Shown here in pieces: positions 1 through 7,354 of a stretch of DNA of 59,957 bases. Every line of letters starts with the position of its first letter. Position 1 is the stretch's first letter. The notes beneath the pieces were generated by a model. That model ran no database searches. It worked only from the letters and a program-made list of their open reading frames with translations, and was not told the DNA's origin. The DNA lies in the IMG/VR virus record IMGVR_UViG_3300047160_003019, positions 1 to 59,957 of that record, one strand, 5' to 3'. Position numbers and translations under genes: made by a program. The DNA comes from a virus.

Positions 1-31
1 TTTTGGAGTAAACCAAAGGTTTACTCCAAAA
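1..31. repeat. 31-bp perfect palindrome TTTTGGAGTAAACC-AAA-GGTTTACTCCAAAA (same locus as 59860-59890)
   Basis: 14-bp arms are exact reverse complements with a 3-nt loop. Confidence 0.9.
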
Positions 32-32
32 T

Positions 33-45
33 CAGACTGCACACC
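33..45 (+). repeat. 13-bp direct-repeat unit CAGACTGCACACC (wrap copy of 59892-59904)
   Basis: Exact match to four other copies at 59644, 59783, 59820 and 59843. Confidence 0.9.
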
Positions 46-47
46 GA

Positions 48-269
48 TTAAAAGGGCTGGCGGCCCGCAGGGGCAGTGGGAGGATGGGGCTCACGCCCAC
101 CCCCATCTGCCGGGTTATGGATTGGCTCGACTCTGAATGGCATGTTCCGGGTTCCTGGGAATTGCTCCCTATTATCCTGCCACCAGTCAGCAGCGTCAAT
201 CTCATTGTCGAACGGCCCGAAATAGACCGGGCCGATATTGTCAGACTCGACCACCAAAATATAAAGCAT
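48..269 (-). CDS. hypothetical protein (73 aa)
   Basis: Protein-like composition (MLYILVVESDNIGPVYFGPFDNEIDAADWW...) and same strand as neighbours. The SD is weak. Competing ORFs in other frames are Arg/Pro/Ser-rich and look like artefacts. Confidence 0.45.
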   Translation of the reverse strand: MLYILVVESDNIGPVYFGPFDNEIDAADWWQDNREQFPGTRNMPFRVEPIHNPADGGGREPHPPTAPAGRQPF

Positions 270-314
270 CTGCGGTATCGGGCCGCCCTTGCGAGCGGCC
301 CGCCCTTCCCTTTG

Positions 315-629
315 TTAGTTGTCGATTTCAGCCTTTTTGCGCGGCGGTGCAAGGGTCTTTGGTGCGTTCGCCTCGTCCCATCCCTTGCGGCGGAGGAATT
401 CGGAGAGTACCGCGCCCAGGTCTGAGCCTTTGGCGTGAACGTCCCAGTCCCCGAGCCGGTAGGAGACGAGCAACTCGTCAATCTCGGTCTCGGTCGTTAC
501 CCGACCCGAAACCGTGATAGTCAGCTCCATGTTGCGAACCATCGCGCGGTTGCAATCCTCAGCAACCACCCGAGCCGCCACTTTCACTTCCTTTTGCAAG
601 ATAGCGAAATGCTCATTACGCATAGCCAT
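315..629 (-). CDS. hypothetical protein (104 aa)
   Basis: Internal ATG at 629 is preceded by GAAAGGA. The longer ORF to 719 would run into intergenic hairpins. Confidence 0.6.
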   Translation of the reverse strand: MAMRNEHFAILQKEVKVAARVVAEDCNRAMVRNMELTITVSGRVTTETEIDELLVSYRLGDWDVHAKGSDLGAVLSEFLRRKGWDEANAPKTLAPPRKKAEIDN

Positions 630-678
630 AGTCAGGCATCCTTTCCCGGTTGAAACCGACCGGGCACGGTTCGTATGC

Positions 679-719
679 ATTAGGCATACGCCTAATTGGC
701 CCGGCGAGTGCCGGGCCAA
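679..719 (-). other. two adjacent stem-loops (ATTAGGC-ATAC-GCCTAAT and TTGGCCCGGC-GAGT-GCCGGGCCAA) between two leftward genes
   Basis: Exact 7-bp and 10-bp inverted repeats with no T-run. Confidence 0.5.
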
Positions 720-731
720 TTGAGCGGATGT

Positions 732-1454
732 CTAAGCTGCCGGGCGCTTGACCAACCCGAACTGAGCGGCGGATGTTGCCTTTTGTGGCGCGGCCTTTGG
801 GGCTTTGACCACATTGGCCAGTTCGTCAACCCGTGCTTGCGCCCGCTCGCGAAGATGTTCGCCGCGTGAACGACCATCCTCGTAAAGCGGTTCGCCGTTG
901 CCGTCGTGGGTAGCTGCCGCGAATGAGGCGCGCAAGTCCGCGCGAGTCCACGGTTCGCCGTCCAACGTGATGGTATCGGTATCATTGCGCGGAACAACGA
1001 TCGCCTTGTCGGTATCGTCTTTCCACCCTTTGAATGCGTCCGAAACCACCTTGTCGAGGAGGAGGTAGTATTCCCGGTCCACCGGGTCAAGCCGGGGGCG
1101 ATCCGTCTCGGTGATACCGCCGGGGGTCAAGATGAGTTTCCACATCTTATCCGTGGTTTCACGAAACGTTTCGTTGTATGCGTCCGGGTTGGCCTCGCGA
1201 TAGGCTTTCATCTTCTCGCGAGTCTGTTCTTTGGTGTCCCCATCCGCCAAACCCGCGGCTTCCTTCACCGCGTTTTGTACCGCGGTGTAGCACTCGTTGC
1301 TCAACTTGTGCTTGATGGTGCGCTTGACCATCGCAAGCACATTGTCAAAGGGGATGTCATCGAACAGGGTAACGTAGGCGTCGCCAACCGGGGGCGCGAA
1401 AACCAACTCAGGGTTTGCGCGCTCGATTGGAGTAGGCGTGCGAGATTGAGCCAT
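732..1454 (-). CDS. hypothetical early protein (240 aa) ending in ATSAAQFGLVKRPAA
   Basis: AAGGAG SD upstream of the ATG at 1454 and a long clean ORF. The C-terminal motif is shared with three other leftward genes. Confidence 0.8.
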   Translation of the reverse strand: MAQSRTPTPIERANPELVFAPPVGDAYVTLFDDIPFDNVLAMVKRTIKHKLSNECYTAVQNAVKEAAGLADGDTKEQTREKMKAYREANPDAYNETFRETTDKMWKLILTPGGITETDRPRLDPVDREYYLLLDKVVSDAFKGWKDDTDKAIVVPRNDTDTITLDGEPWTRADLRASFAAATHDGNGEPLYEDGRSRGEHLRERAQARVDELANVVKAPKAAPQKATSAAQFGLVKRPAA

Positions 1455-1880
1455 TTGGCTCTCCTTTGGTTTGAGATAGACATAGTACGGGAACCTTTAG
1501 CGTCTTTCGGGTGCCTCGCGACACATTTCTTTTGTGCCGCTTGCGGTTTGCCCGGGGAGCGCGAGATTTGGTTCCCACCTTGGGGAGACCGGGCCTTGCC
1601 CGGCGAAACCATCAACCAACCATCACCTCATCAACATCAAACCCAAAAGGATAATGCGCTTCCCAGGCCCGACAAGCAACTCACAAATGCACGCGTTTGT
1701 GCATGGGAGCCATGCACCGGACGCGGGGCTCGGGGTACAACCTCGGCGTGTGCCGGTGCTCGGCATGGTTGCAGTCCGCGGTCCACAACTGCAGGTTGTG
1801 GCTGCAACTGGTCGGCGAGATCGAGGTCGGAGACGCTCGCCGGAGTTGCACAACCTCGGGTTGAGTGTGGCAGCTGGGTT

Positions 1881-1902
1881 ACTGTGGCAAAAATGCCACA
1901 GT
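1881..1902. other. perfect 9-bp stem / 4-nt loop hairpin ACTGTGGCA-AAAA-TGCCACAGT in the non-coding region
   Basis: Exact inverted repeat. Confidence 0.6.
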
Positions 1903-1941
1903 AAAGTGCCGGGGGACTGGCCCGCAGGGGCCCCTGAGACC

Positions 1942-1961
1942 GGGCGGGGGGGTAGGGGGGG
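1942..1961 (+). other. G-tract GGGCGGGGGGGTAGGGGGGG (possible G-quadruplex former)
   Basis: At least four runs of three or more G within 20 nt on the + strand. Confidence 0.35.
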
Positions 1962-1993
1962 CGAACTTGCTTTATGAAAATTTACAAAACACT

Positions 1994-2013
1994 ATGGCCA
2001 TTATTCAGTAGAA
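1994..2013. promoter_or_regulatory. degenerate copy of the TGGCCAT...TTCA motif (ATGGCCATTATTCAGTAGAA)
   Basis: Partial match to the motif family listed at 2032, 3186, 10466, 20370, 36123, 46213 and 59311. Confidence 0.35.
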
Positions 2014-2031
2014 TTTTTTACCCAAACACCT

Positions 2032-2053
2032 TGGCCATCATTCATTCAATAAA
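2032..2053. promoter_or_regulatory. conserved intergenic motif copy TGGCCATCATTCATTCAATAAA
   Basis: Matches TGGCCAT-N2-TTCATT-N-AATGAA with one mismatch. Lies upstream of the first rightward gene. Confidence 0.6.
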
Positions 2054-2077
2054 ACAAGCACTTCCAGTGCTTGTTTT
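2051..2077. terminator. bidirectional terminator-like hairpin AAAACAAGCAC-TTCCA-GTGCTTGTTTT
   Basis: 11-bp perfect stem flanked by A- and T-runs that are part of the stem. Confidence 0.4.
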
Positions 2078-2201
2078 ACTCACCACTCTCACATGCCTTC
2101 GGCACCCCCATTATGGCCATAAGATTGTCTTGTGTTTGACACAAAACCATGATAAGGTTGGTGCGTCAATGCGGCCGCATTGACTCTCAAGGGAGACTAG
2201 T

Positions 2202-2849
2202 ATGAAAAGAATGTTGACATTTGGTGCGCTGGCGGCTTTGCTAACCGCTAGTGTTCCGGCGCAAGCGGACCTTATTGCGGACGGGATTGATTACTCACTG
2301 TCCGAGGCGTCAACCGCGAACCCTTTGGTGGACCGGTTTACCTTGACCATAACGGGTATAAATGCCGCCACAGACACAGAAGGTGGCCGGTCCGGGGTGA
2401 ATGCTATCGCACTCAATACGCCTCTCAACTTCTCATCCGCCCAGATGATCACACCACCGACTGGGTACACCTTTGATCCGGGGGGACTCAACTCGTCGGG
2501 GTGCGACGGGAACGGTGCGTTCTATTGTTTTGATAACGGGGCCATCCCACCAACCCCTTCGACCCCGTTCCCAGCCGGTTCATCACTAACCTTTGTGTTT
2601 GATGTAACTACTACTGCCCCCGGCTCATTCGCTGGGTACGATCCGGCGTTCAAGATCGACTGGGTGGGGAGTCAGAATAACTATGATCTGGTGTCCCGGG
2701 AGTTGGCGCCGACTACCGTTACCAATGTACCGGAGCCAGGGTCGCTGGCCATCTTCGGAACCGGACTCATCTTGACGGGGCTGTTGCCCTGGTTTGCCCA
2801 GCGACGTAAACGGTCTGGCCTTCGGCACACTGACGGTCTGCCAGCCTAA
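2202..2849 (+). CDS. secreted PEP-CTERM domain protein (215 aa)
   Basis: N-terminal signal peptide MKRMLTFGALAALLTASVPAQA. C-terminus VPEPGSLAIFGTGLILTGLLPWFAQRRKR gives a PEP motif, a hydrophobic helix and a basic cluster. GGGAGA SD. Confidence 0.85.
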   Translation: MKRMLTFGALAALLTASVPAQADLIADGIDYSLSEASTANPLVDRFTLTITGINAATDTEGGRSGVNAIALNTPLNFSSAQMITPPTGYTFDPGGLNSSGCDGNGAFYCFDNGAIPPTPSTPFPAGSSLTFVFDVTTTAPGSFAGYDPAFKIDWVGSQNNYDLVSRELAPTTVTNVPEPGSLAIFGTGLILTGLLPWFAQRRKRSGLRHTDGLPA

Positions 2850-2851
2850 AC

Positions 2852-3172
2852 GTGCCCCTGCGGGTTAAGCCCAACAGCTTAACCTGCATGAAGCTTGGGC
2901 AATTCCTACACCTTACTCTAGGCGGGTTTGAGCCTCCCCCTCCACCAGGGCGGCTCAACCCGATTTACTACTCCCCTAGGCTAATCGCCGCGATCCGGCG
3001 GATCGCACTCGATCCGCACCCGACTTATGGGGATTGGGCACGGCTCGCAGAGGCGTATAATCGACCGATCAGCAGCCTGTATGTAACCGCGACCATTATC
3101 CGCCGACGGGCAGGTCTCGAACCGTACCAAGGTGGGTATTACCGTTCGAGATGGAAAAGGAGGAAGCAGTAG
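2852..3172 (+). CDS. hypothetical protein (106 aa, GTG start; true start uncertain)
   Basis: The ORF ends inside a strong terminator. There is no clear SD. It has a possible HTH-like segment, WARLAEAYNRPISSLYVTATIIRRRAG. Confidence 0.45.
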   Translation: MPLRVKPNSLTCMKLGQFLHLTLGGFEPPPPPGRLNPIYYSPRLIAAIRRIALDPHPTYGDWARLAEAYNRPISSLYVTATIIRRRAGLEPYQGGYYRSRWKRRKQ

Positions 3173-3187
3173 CTTCCTCCTTTTTTT
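3155..3187 (+). terminator. rho-independent terminator AAAAGGAGGAAGC-AGTA-GCTTCCTCCTTTTTTT
   Basis: Stem of at least 9 bp followed by T7. Confidence 0.7.
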
Positions 3188-3207
3188 CATTGAATGAATC
3201 ATGGCCA
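3186..3207. promoter_or_regulatory. conserved intergenic motif copy TTCATTGAATGAATCATGGCCA
   Basis: Exact TTCATT-G-AATGAA core plus ATGGCCA, 11 nt upstream of a TTGACA box. Confidence 0.65.
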
Positions 3208-3218
3208 CAAAAAGAGAC

Positions 3219-3247
3219 TTGACAATCCGCCGAGTTTGTGATCCAAT
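3219..3247 (+). promoter_or_regulatory. sigma70-type promoter candidate TTGACA-17-TCCAAT
   Basis: Perfect -35, 17-nt spacer and a 4/6 -10. Upstream of the gene at 3353. Confidence 0.45.
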
Positions 3248-3352
3248 TTTGTGCCGCCCGGTCCTAGCCATGTTCCGCCACATCCGCCGCACGGCTGACG
3301 GTACAATACAGACTGGTATCGGGCGGCACCATGAGTGGGAAGGACAAAAAAG

Positions 3353-3760
3353 ATGAAAGATGTTGACCGGTTGATTAAATTGATCTGTGAACGGGTGGAG
3401 GAGTTGTGGCCGCTGCGCGCCGAGCCCAATCCTGACAACCTCAAGGCGAACGGTCACAGCATCCAGCAATTACACACCGAAACCGATCTCGAGATTAAGT
3501 ACGGTCTGCTGTACCAGCGCGGGAAATGTATTTCGGATAAAGATTTCCTGGCCCGGTACATTGATCCTGGTATAACTTTCCTTAAGAGTTCCGCCGAAAT
3601 CGCTGGCGGTTCGTTAATGGAGCTGGAACTCCCAAGGGGAGTTGAATTCTCGGGGATGGTCGGACCCACCAGACTCGTCGTTATGTATGCAATCCAAACT
3701 GATGATTTCGTCTACCGGTTCGACATCCTAGTACGAGAGTCTCCAAGGGGCTTTGTATGA
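3353..3760 (+). CDS. hypothetical protein (135 aa)
   Basis: ATG at 3353 follows GGAAGGA. A GTG at 3335 is also possible. Confidence 0.7.
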   Translation: MKDVDRLIKLICERVEELWPLRAEPNPDNLKANGHSIQQLHTETDLEIKYGLLYQRGKCISDKDFLARYIDPGITFLKSSAEIAGGSLMELELPRGVEFSGMVGPTRLVVMYAIQTDDFVYRFDILVRESPRGFV

Positions 3761-4398
3761 ATTTGCCAGAGGACCAATCTGGGCTAGTGGACTGCCCATT
3801 TGACCGCCTTCCTACTGGGCGCGGGGGACGGTCCGCCCGCCGAGTCAAATGGACCGTGGTACGGCCCCTGCGGGTGCCTGAGGATATGGATCTGTTGTTC
3901 GAGCGGCACTCCAAACGGCCCCAGACCCTCAAGCATATCCGGCACAATCATCACCAACTCGCACGTCTGATGGCTACTGGGGTGCCCCAGGAAGAAATCG
4001 CCCTCATCACCGGCTACAGCCCCACATACATCTCCCGCATCAAGTCCGACCCGACCTTTGAGGCGCTGGTGGACTACTACCATAACCAGCGAGACGAGGT
4101 GTTTGTTGATGTAGTGGAGCGGATGAAAACGCTGGGGCTATCGACCCTGGACGAACTCCAGCGTCGCTTGGATGATGAGCCTGATGAGTGGTCGCGTCGG
4201 GAGCTGATGGAACTCACCGAGCTGATGCTAATCAAACCGGCGGCCGCCCGGACTCCGATGAACACAACCCAGGCTCAAGCACCTGTGAATGTCGCTGTCA
4301 ACTTCATCACCGCTCAGCCCAAGCCACAGATCATAGATTCGGGGTCACTGCAAGTGACCCCGAAGGTGATTGAGCACGAACCGTCTCGAACTGAATAG
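3757..4398 (+). CDS. HTH-containing protein (213 aa), possibly a DNA-binding regulator or small-terminase-like protein
   Basis: ATGA start/stop overlap with the upstream gene. The segment LARLMATGVPQEEIALITGYSPTYISRI looks like a helix-turn-helix. Confidence 0.6.
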   Translation: MNLPEDQSGLVDCPFDRLPTGRGGRSARRVKWTVVRPLRVPEDMDLLFERHSKRPQTLKHIRHNHHQLARLMATGVPQEEIALITGYSPTYISRIKSDPTFEALVDYYHNQRDEVFVDVVERMKTLGLSTLDELQRRLDDEPDEWSRRELMELTELMLIKPAAARTPMNTTQAQAPVNVAVNFITAQPKPQIIDSGSLQVTPKVIEHEPSRTE

Positions 4399-4407
4399 GG
4401 GGAGTTT

Positions 4408-7053
4408 ATGAATAGGCGTTGGCTGGAGTCCGTCTCTGCGATTGCACTTGGGCTTGTGCTAACGCCGCCCGTGCCAGTGGCCCTGGCACAAAACTTTGGG
4501 AATATCCCTCCTGGTGACATTATCGGGAACCCAACCGCATCACCTGCCCCTGCGCGGCCGATGCCGTTCCCCCTGGGGGCCTTGAACCTAGCGACCACTA
4601 AGGCTGATCTGCAAACCAAGTCAACCGCGACCAGTACTACAGTCGTCCGGACCGGGTTTTATGCTCCTGGGGATGTACCTGCACTTACGTACACGGCCAG
4701 TAACGGTCCATGCACGATTTCGGGGGGTGACGGCGGTTCCCAGGTGCCGTCCGCGGACGGTAAGTGCTGGCTGGCTCAAACCACAGATCCGCTACAGTTC
4801 GGTGCGCGGCCGGGTACGGTAGGGTTTCAGACCGTTACGACTACCGCCGGCAACCCTAACATCACGTTCACTGGGGCTTCATACACATCCGCGGACGTTA
4901 ACAAGTACATAACCATCCTTGGTGCTGGGGGGTTCGAGCAGCGGCTTATTACCCAGATCACTAGCGTATCTGGTCCCAACTCTATTGTGGTGGCCACCGC
5001 TCCAAGCCAGGCGATGAGTGCGTTCTCGACCATAGTTTATAGTGGGTTCGATAGCTCCGGTGCTATCAACGCGGCCATTGTGGCCGGGAACGGTTTCAAG
5101 TCGCCTGTGGTGATCCCCGCTGGCATTTTTATGGCAGCATCTCCGATTCAATGTACCGTTATAAACTATAACAACTTCAATATGGACTCTCCTGGATGCG
5201 TTGGGGTGTCTGGGGCGGGTGCGACCATTATGGCAGTCGCCAATATGGCAGCATCCACGCCCAAGTCTGGTGTTTTGTTTACCATCGGCGGGTTTGCTAA
5301 CAGCGGGGATTTCAGCCAATTCATTCGGAACGGTCAATTTGATGGGCATGGACTCACGCTTGACGCTAACTTTATCGCTAATACTGCGTTCTTTATGCCC
5401 TTTTTCCAGGACTCACACGTTAGTCATTACAACACCAAGAACGCAACCATCGCCAATTTCCGGCTCGGGATGACTGGATCTCCGGTTACGAGTGCAGGGG
5501 TGACATTCAATGAGAACTCCTCGCAACGTGACCTGTTCAATGTTCCGATCACTGGTATTAGCTGTGCGAGTGGGGTGCCCACTATCACTACAACAATAGA
5601 TCATGGCATCGCTACTGGCAGAATAGTCGTCGCGTCCAATGTCAACAGTATCCCTGGGTCTGTTACTGGTGAGGGTCCAACCTTCTTGTTGTGGACCTCG
5701 ACGGGAGCACGGACTGGGACGCTTCATGGAGTCAACTGTACAAGCTGGCCCGCGTATACTGGTGGCGGGTGGTTGAACCTGACGTTCCCATCCAATGCAC
5801 TTATACATACCGTAACTAATGTGACTGGTGCCAACCCAGCCCAGGTCTCGATCTCCCCCGGTAACATAAACATGGCCAATGGTCAGATTTGGTGTGTTTA
5901 TGGAGTTGGCGGAGCGACTACACCGTTTGTGCTTACGAAACCAGCACCTGATGGGTGTTCCACTATTAATAATGTTAGTGGGTCCGGTGCGGATGGCCCT
6001 AATAGCTTCGGATTTACCGCAACTAATAGCACTGGGTTTACCTTTCAGGGTGGTGGGATCGCGTTCCAGCGGATGACACTCGGGTCGATGGGTGTCTACG
6101 AAGAGAATATGTCGGATGTGAACGCATCAAACAACTTTATAACCGGCTCTGAGTATGCTTTCTACGCTGACCCCAACTCTAACGGGTACGATGGTAAATA
6201 CACTAACAACCACGTTTACAACCTCAGTCACGGTTGGTTGATAGCTGGTCATTACTTGGGCGGACACAATACACTGACAGGTGAGCAGTGTGATGCACCG
6301 TTAGTGTTTTGTGGGCAATTCTTTCACGGTGGAAGCAGCTCACAAGGTAGTTCGCTACAAGGTGGCACCTTCGGATTCATTCTCGATAATGCGACCTGGT
6401 TATGGCGTCTTGATACTTGCAGTGGTTCTGACTGCGTGTTTAACAATGTCAGTGATTTCACTTCGACCGGGGATAAGTTGTTTGGGCGGAGCAATACTCT
6501 TCGGGTCAATGAGCTTTCTAATCTGTACCTGTCTGGGAATGTAGCGTATTACGCCTCGATCCCGAACTATCATTCGTTTGGTAATCAGCCAGGCGGGTTT
6601 GTTCTCTATTCGATGCCTGACAGCGCGATCGGAACCTCAACCCAAAAGAATACTGGTCTAGGGCCATTTAACTTCACTAGCACGACTGCGGTAGCGGCAG
6701 GGTTCGGTCCTAGCTGCTCTTTCATACCTGTCTACCATACCGGTGGCACTTTCACAATGACTGGAACCATCGGGAATAATACTGTGGGGGACGGGGCGTA
6801 TGGAGGACTCTACCTGTTTACGACGCCACCAGCGGCTGGCGGGTCTTTGAGTGGGAGCTTCGCGATAACCGGGGAGTCTGGTTTGGCGGCAACCGCGTCA
6901 ACAACCACACGCTACCCGTTCACATTTACCGGTAGCCTACCGCAAACAACCCTTAAGCCAGGGACAACGTACTATATGGATGCGGGGGTTCGTGTGACCG
7001 GTGGCGGCACCGGCTCGATCCAAGACATTACCTGCACACTGACCGAGAACTAA
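4408..7053 (+). CDS. beta-helix (pectate-lyase-fold-like) protein: tailspike/depolymerase candidate with a signal-peptide-like N-terminus (881 aa)
   Basis: GGGGGAG SD. N-terminus MNRRWLESVSAIALGLVLTPPVPVALA|QN. Long G/T/S/N-rich strand repeats and an LQFGARPG segment, as seen near the start of pectate_lyase_3-type domains (from memory). Confidence 0.7.
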   Translation: MNRRWLESVSAIALGLVLTPPVPVALAQNFGNIPPGDIIGNPTASPAPARPMPFPLGALNLATTKADLQTKSTATSTTVVRTGFYAPGDVPALTYTASNGPCTISGGDGGSQVPSADGKCWLAQTTDPLQFGARPGTVGFQTVTTTAGNPNITFTGASYTSADVNKYITILGAGGFEQRLITQITSVSGPNSIVVATAPSQAMSAFSTIVYSGFDSSGAINAAIVAGNGFKSPVVIPAGIFMAASPIQCTVINYNNFNMDSPGCVGVSGAGATIMAVANMAASTPKSGVLFTIGGFANSGDFSQFIRNGQFDGHGLTLDANFIANTAFFMPFFQDSHVSHYNTKNATIANFRLGMTGSPVTSAGVTFNENSSQRDLFNVPITGISCASGVPTITTTIDHGIATGRIVVASNVNSIPGSVTGEGPTFLLWTSTGARTGTLHGVNCTSWPAYTGGGWLNLTFPSNALIHTVTNVTGANPAQVSISPGNINMANGQIWCVYGVGGATTPFVLTKPAPDGCSTINNVSGSGADGPNSFGFTATNSTGFTFQGGGIAFQRMTLGSMGVYEENMSDVNASNNFITGSEYAFYADPNSNGYDGKYTNNHVYNLSHGWLIAGHYLGGHNTLTGEQCDAPLVFCGQFFHGGSSSQGSSLQGGTFGFILDNATWLWRLDTCSGSDCVFNNVSDFTSTGDKLFGRSNTLRVNELSNLYLSGNVAYYASIPNYHSFGNQPGGFVLYSMPDSAIGTSTQKNTGLGPFNFTSTTAVAAGFGPSCSFIPVYHTGGTFTMTGTIGNNTVGDGAYGGLYLFTTPPAAGGSLSGSFAITGESGLAATASTTTRYPFTFTGSLPQTTLKPGTTYYMDAGVRVTGGGTGSIQDITCTLTEN

Positions 7054-7054
7054 G

Positions 7055-7348
7055 ATGATGAAATCTCTGATTGCACTTCTGTTTGGGTTGTGGCCAGATC
7101 TGGCGTCAGCAGACTATCCGATGAGTATGCCTTGTGATAGTGCGTCGAGTGGGCAAACTCATATTGTAGCCCGACCGCCAACCGAAGCCGAGTTGGCAGC
7201 CGAGCCGGCACCGGCCCTGGGTCAACCGTCTGTGTTGCAGATGATGAATGATTATGTTGCGTGCGACGGGTCGGCCTGGAACCTGACGCAGACCATGAAG
7301 CAGTACAAGGGAGCGCCCCTGCCGACCTTCGTCCCAAACACCAAATAA
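7055..7348 (+). CDS. small secreted protein (97 aa)
   Basis: Signal-peptide-like MMKSLIALLFGLWPDLASA and tightly packed after the upstream gene. Confidence 0.6.
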   Translation: MMKSLIALLFGLWPDLASADYPMSMPCDSASSGQTHIVARPPTEAELAAEPAPALGQPSVLQMMNDYVACDGSAWNLTQTMKQYKGAPLPTFVPNTK

Positions 7349-7354
7349 CTACTA

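Larger units (their letters stand above)
1..98. repeat. Terminal overlap: bases 1-98 are identical to 59860-59957. The window is one complete ~59,859-bp genome plus a 98-bp wrap, from either a circular assembly or a short terminal redundancy.
   Basis: The first 98 nt (TTTTGGAGTAAACC...GGGGCTCACGCC) recur verbatim as the last 98 nt. Confidence 0.9.

Noticed and set aside
1-98. The 98-bp end repeats as prophage att sites or a mobile-element boundary
   Set aside because: The repeats sit exactly at the two window ends. The gene order closes into a coherent circular phage map with no flanking host genes and no integrase. The repeats are a wrap-around or terminal redundancy.
84-517. + strand ORFs 84-425 and 137-517, and the - strand ORF 32-481
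   Set aside because: They overlap the better-looking leftward ORFs 48-269 and 315-629. Their composition is skewed (Arg/Pro/Ser) and they lack SD sequences.
1275-1977. Long + strand ORFs 1275-1904 (209 aa) and 1534-1977 (147 aa) in the divergent region
   Set aside because: The translations are Arg/Gly/Pro/Ala-rich and low in complexity. There is no SD. One overlaps the well-supported leftward gene 732-1454. The DNA is GC-rich hairpin sequence. I treated the region as non-coding.
2032-2053. Reading the TGGCCAT-N-TTCATT motif as a sigma54 (-24/-12) promoter
   Set aside because: The TGGC is present, but the GC of the -12 element is not at the required spacing (TGGCAC-N5-TTGC). The inverted-repeat core fits a dimeric regulator site better.
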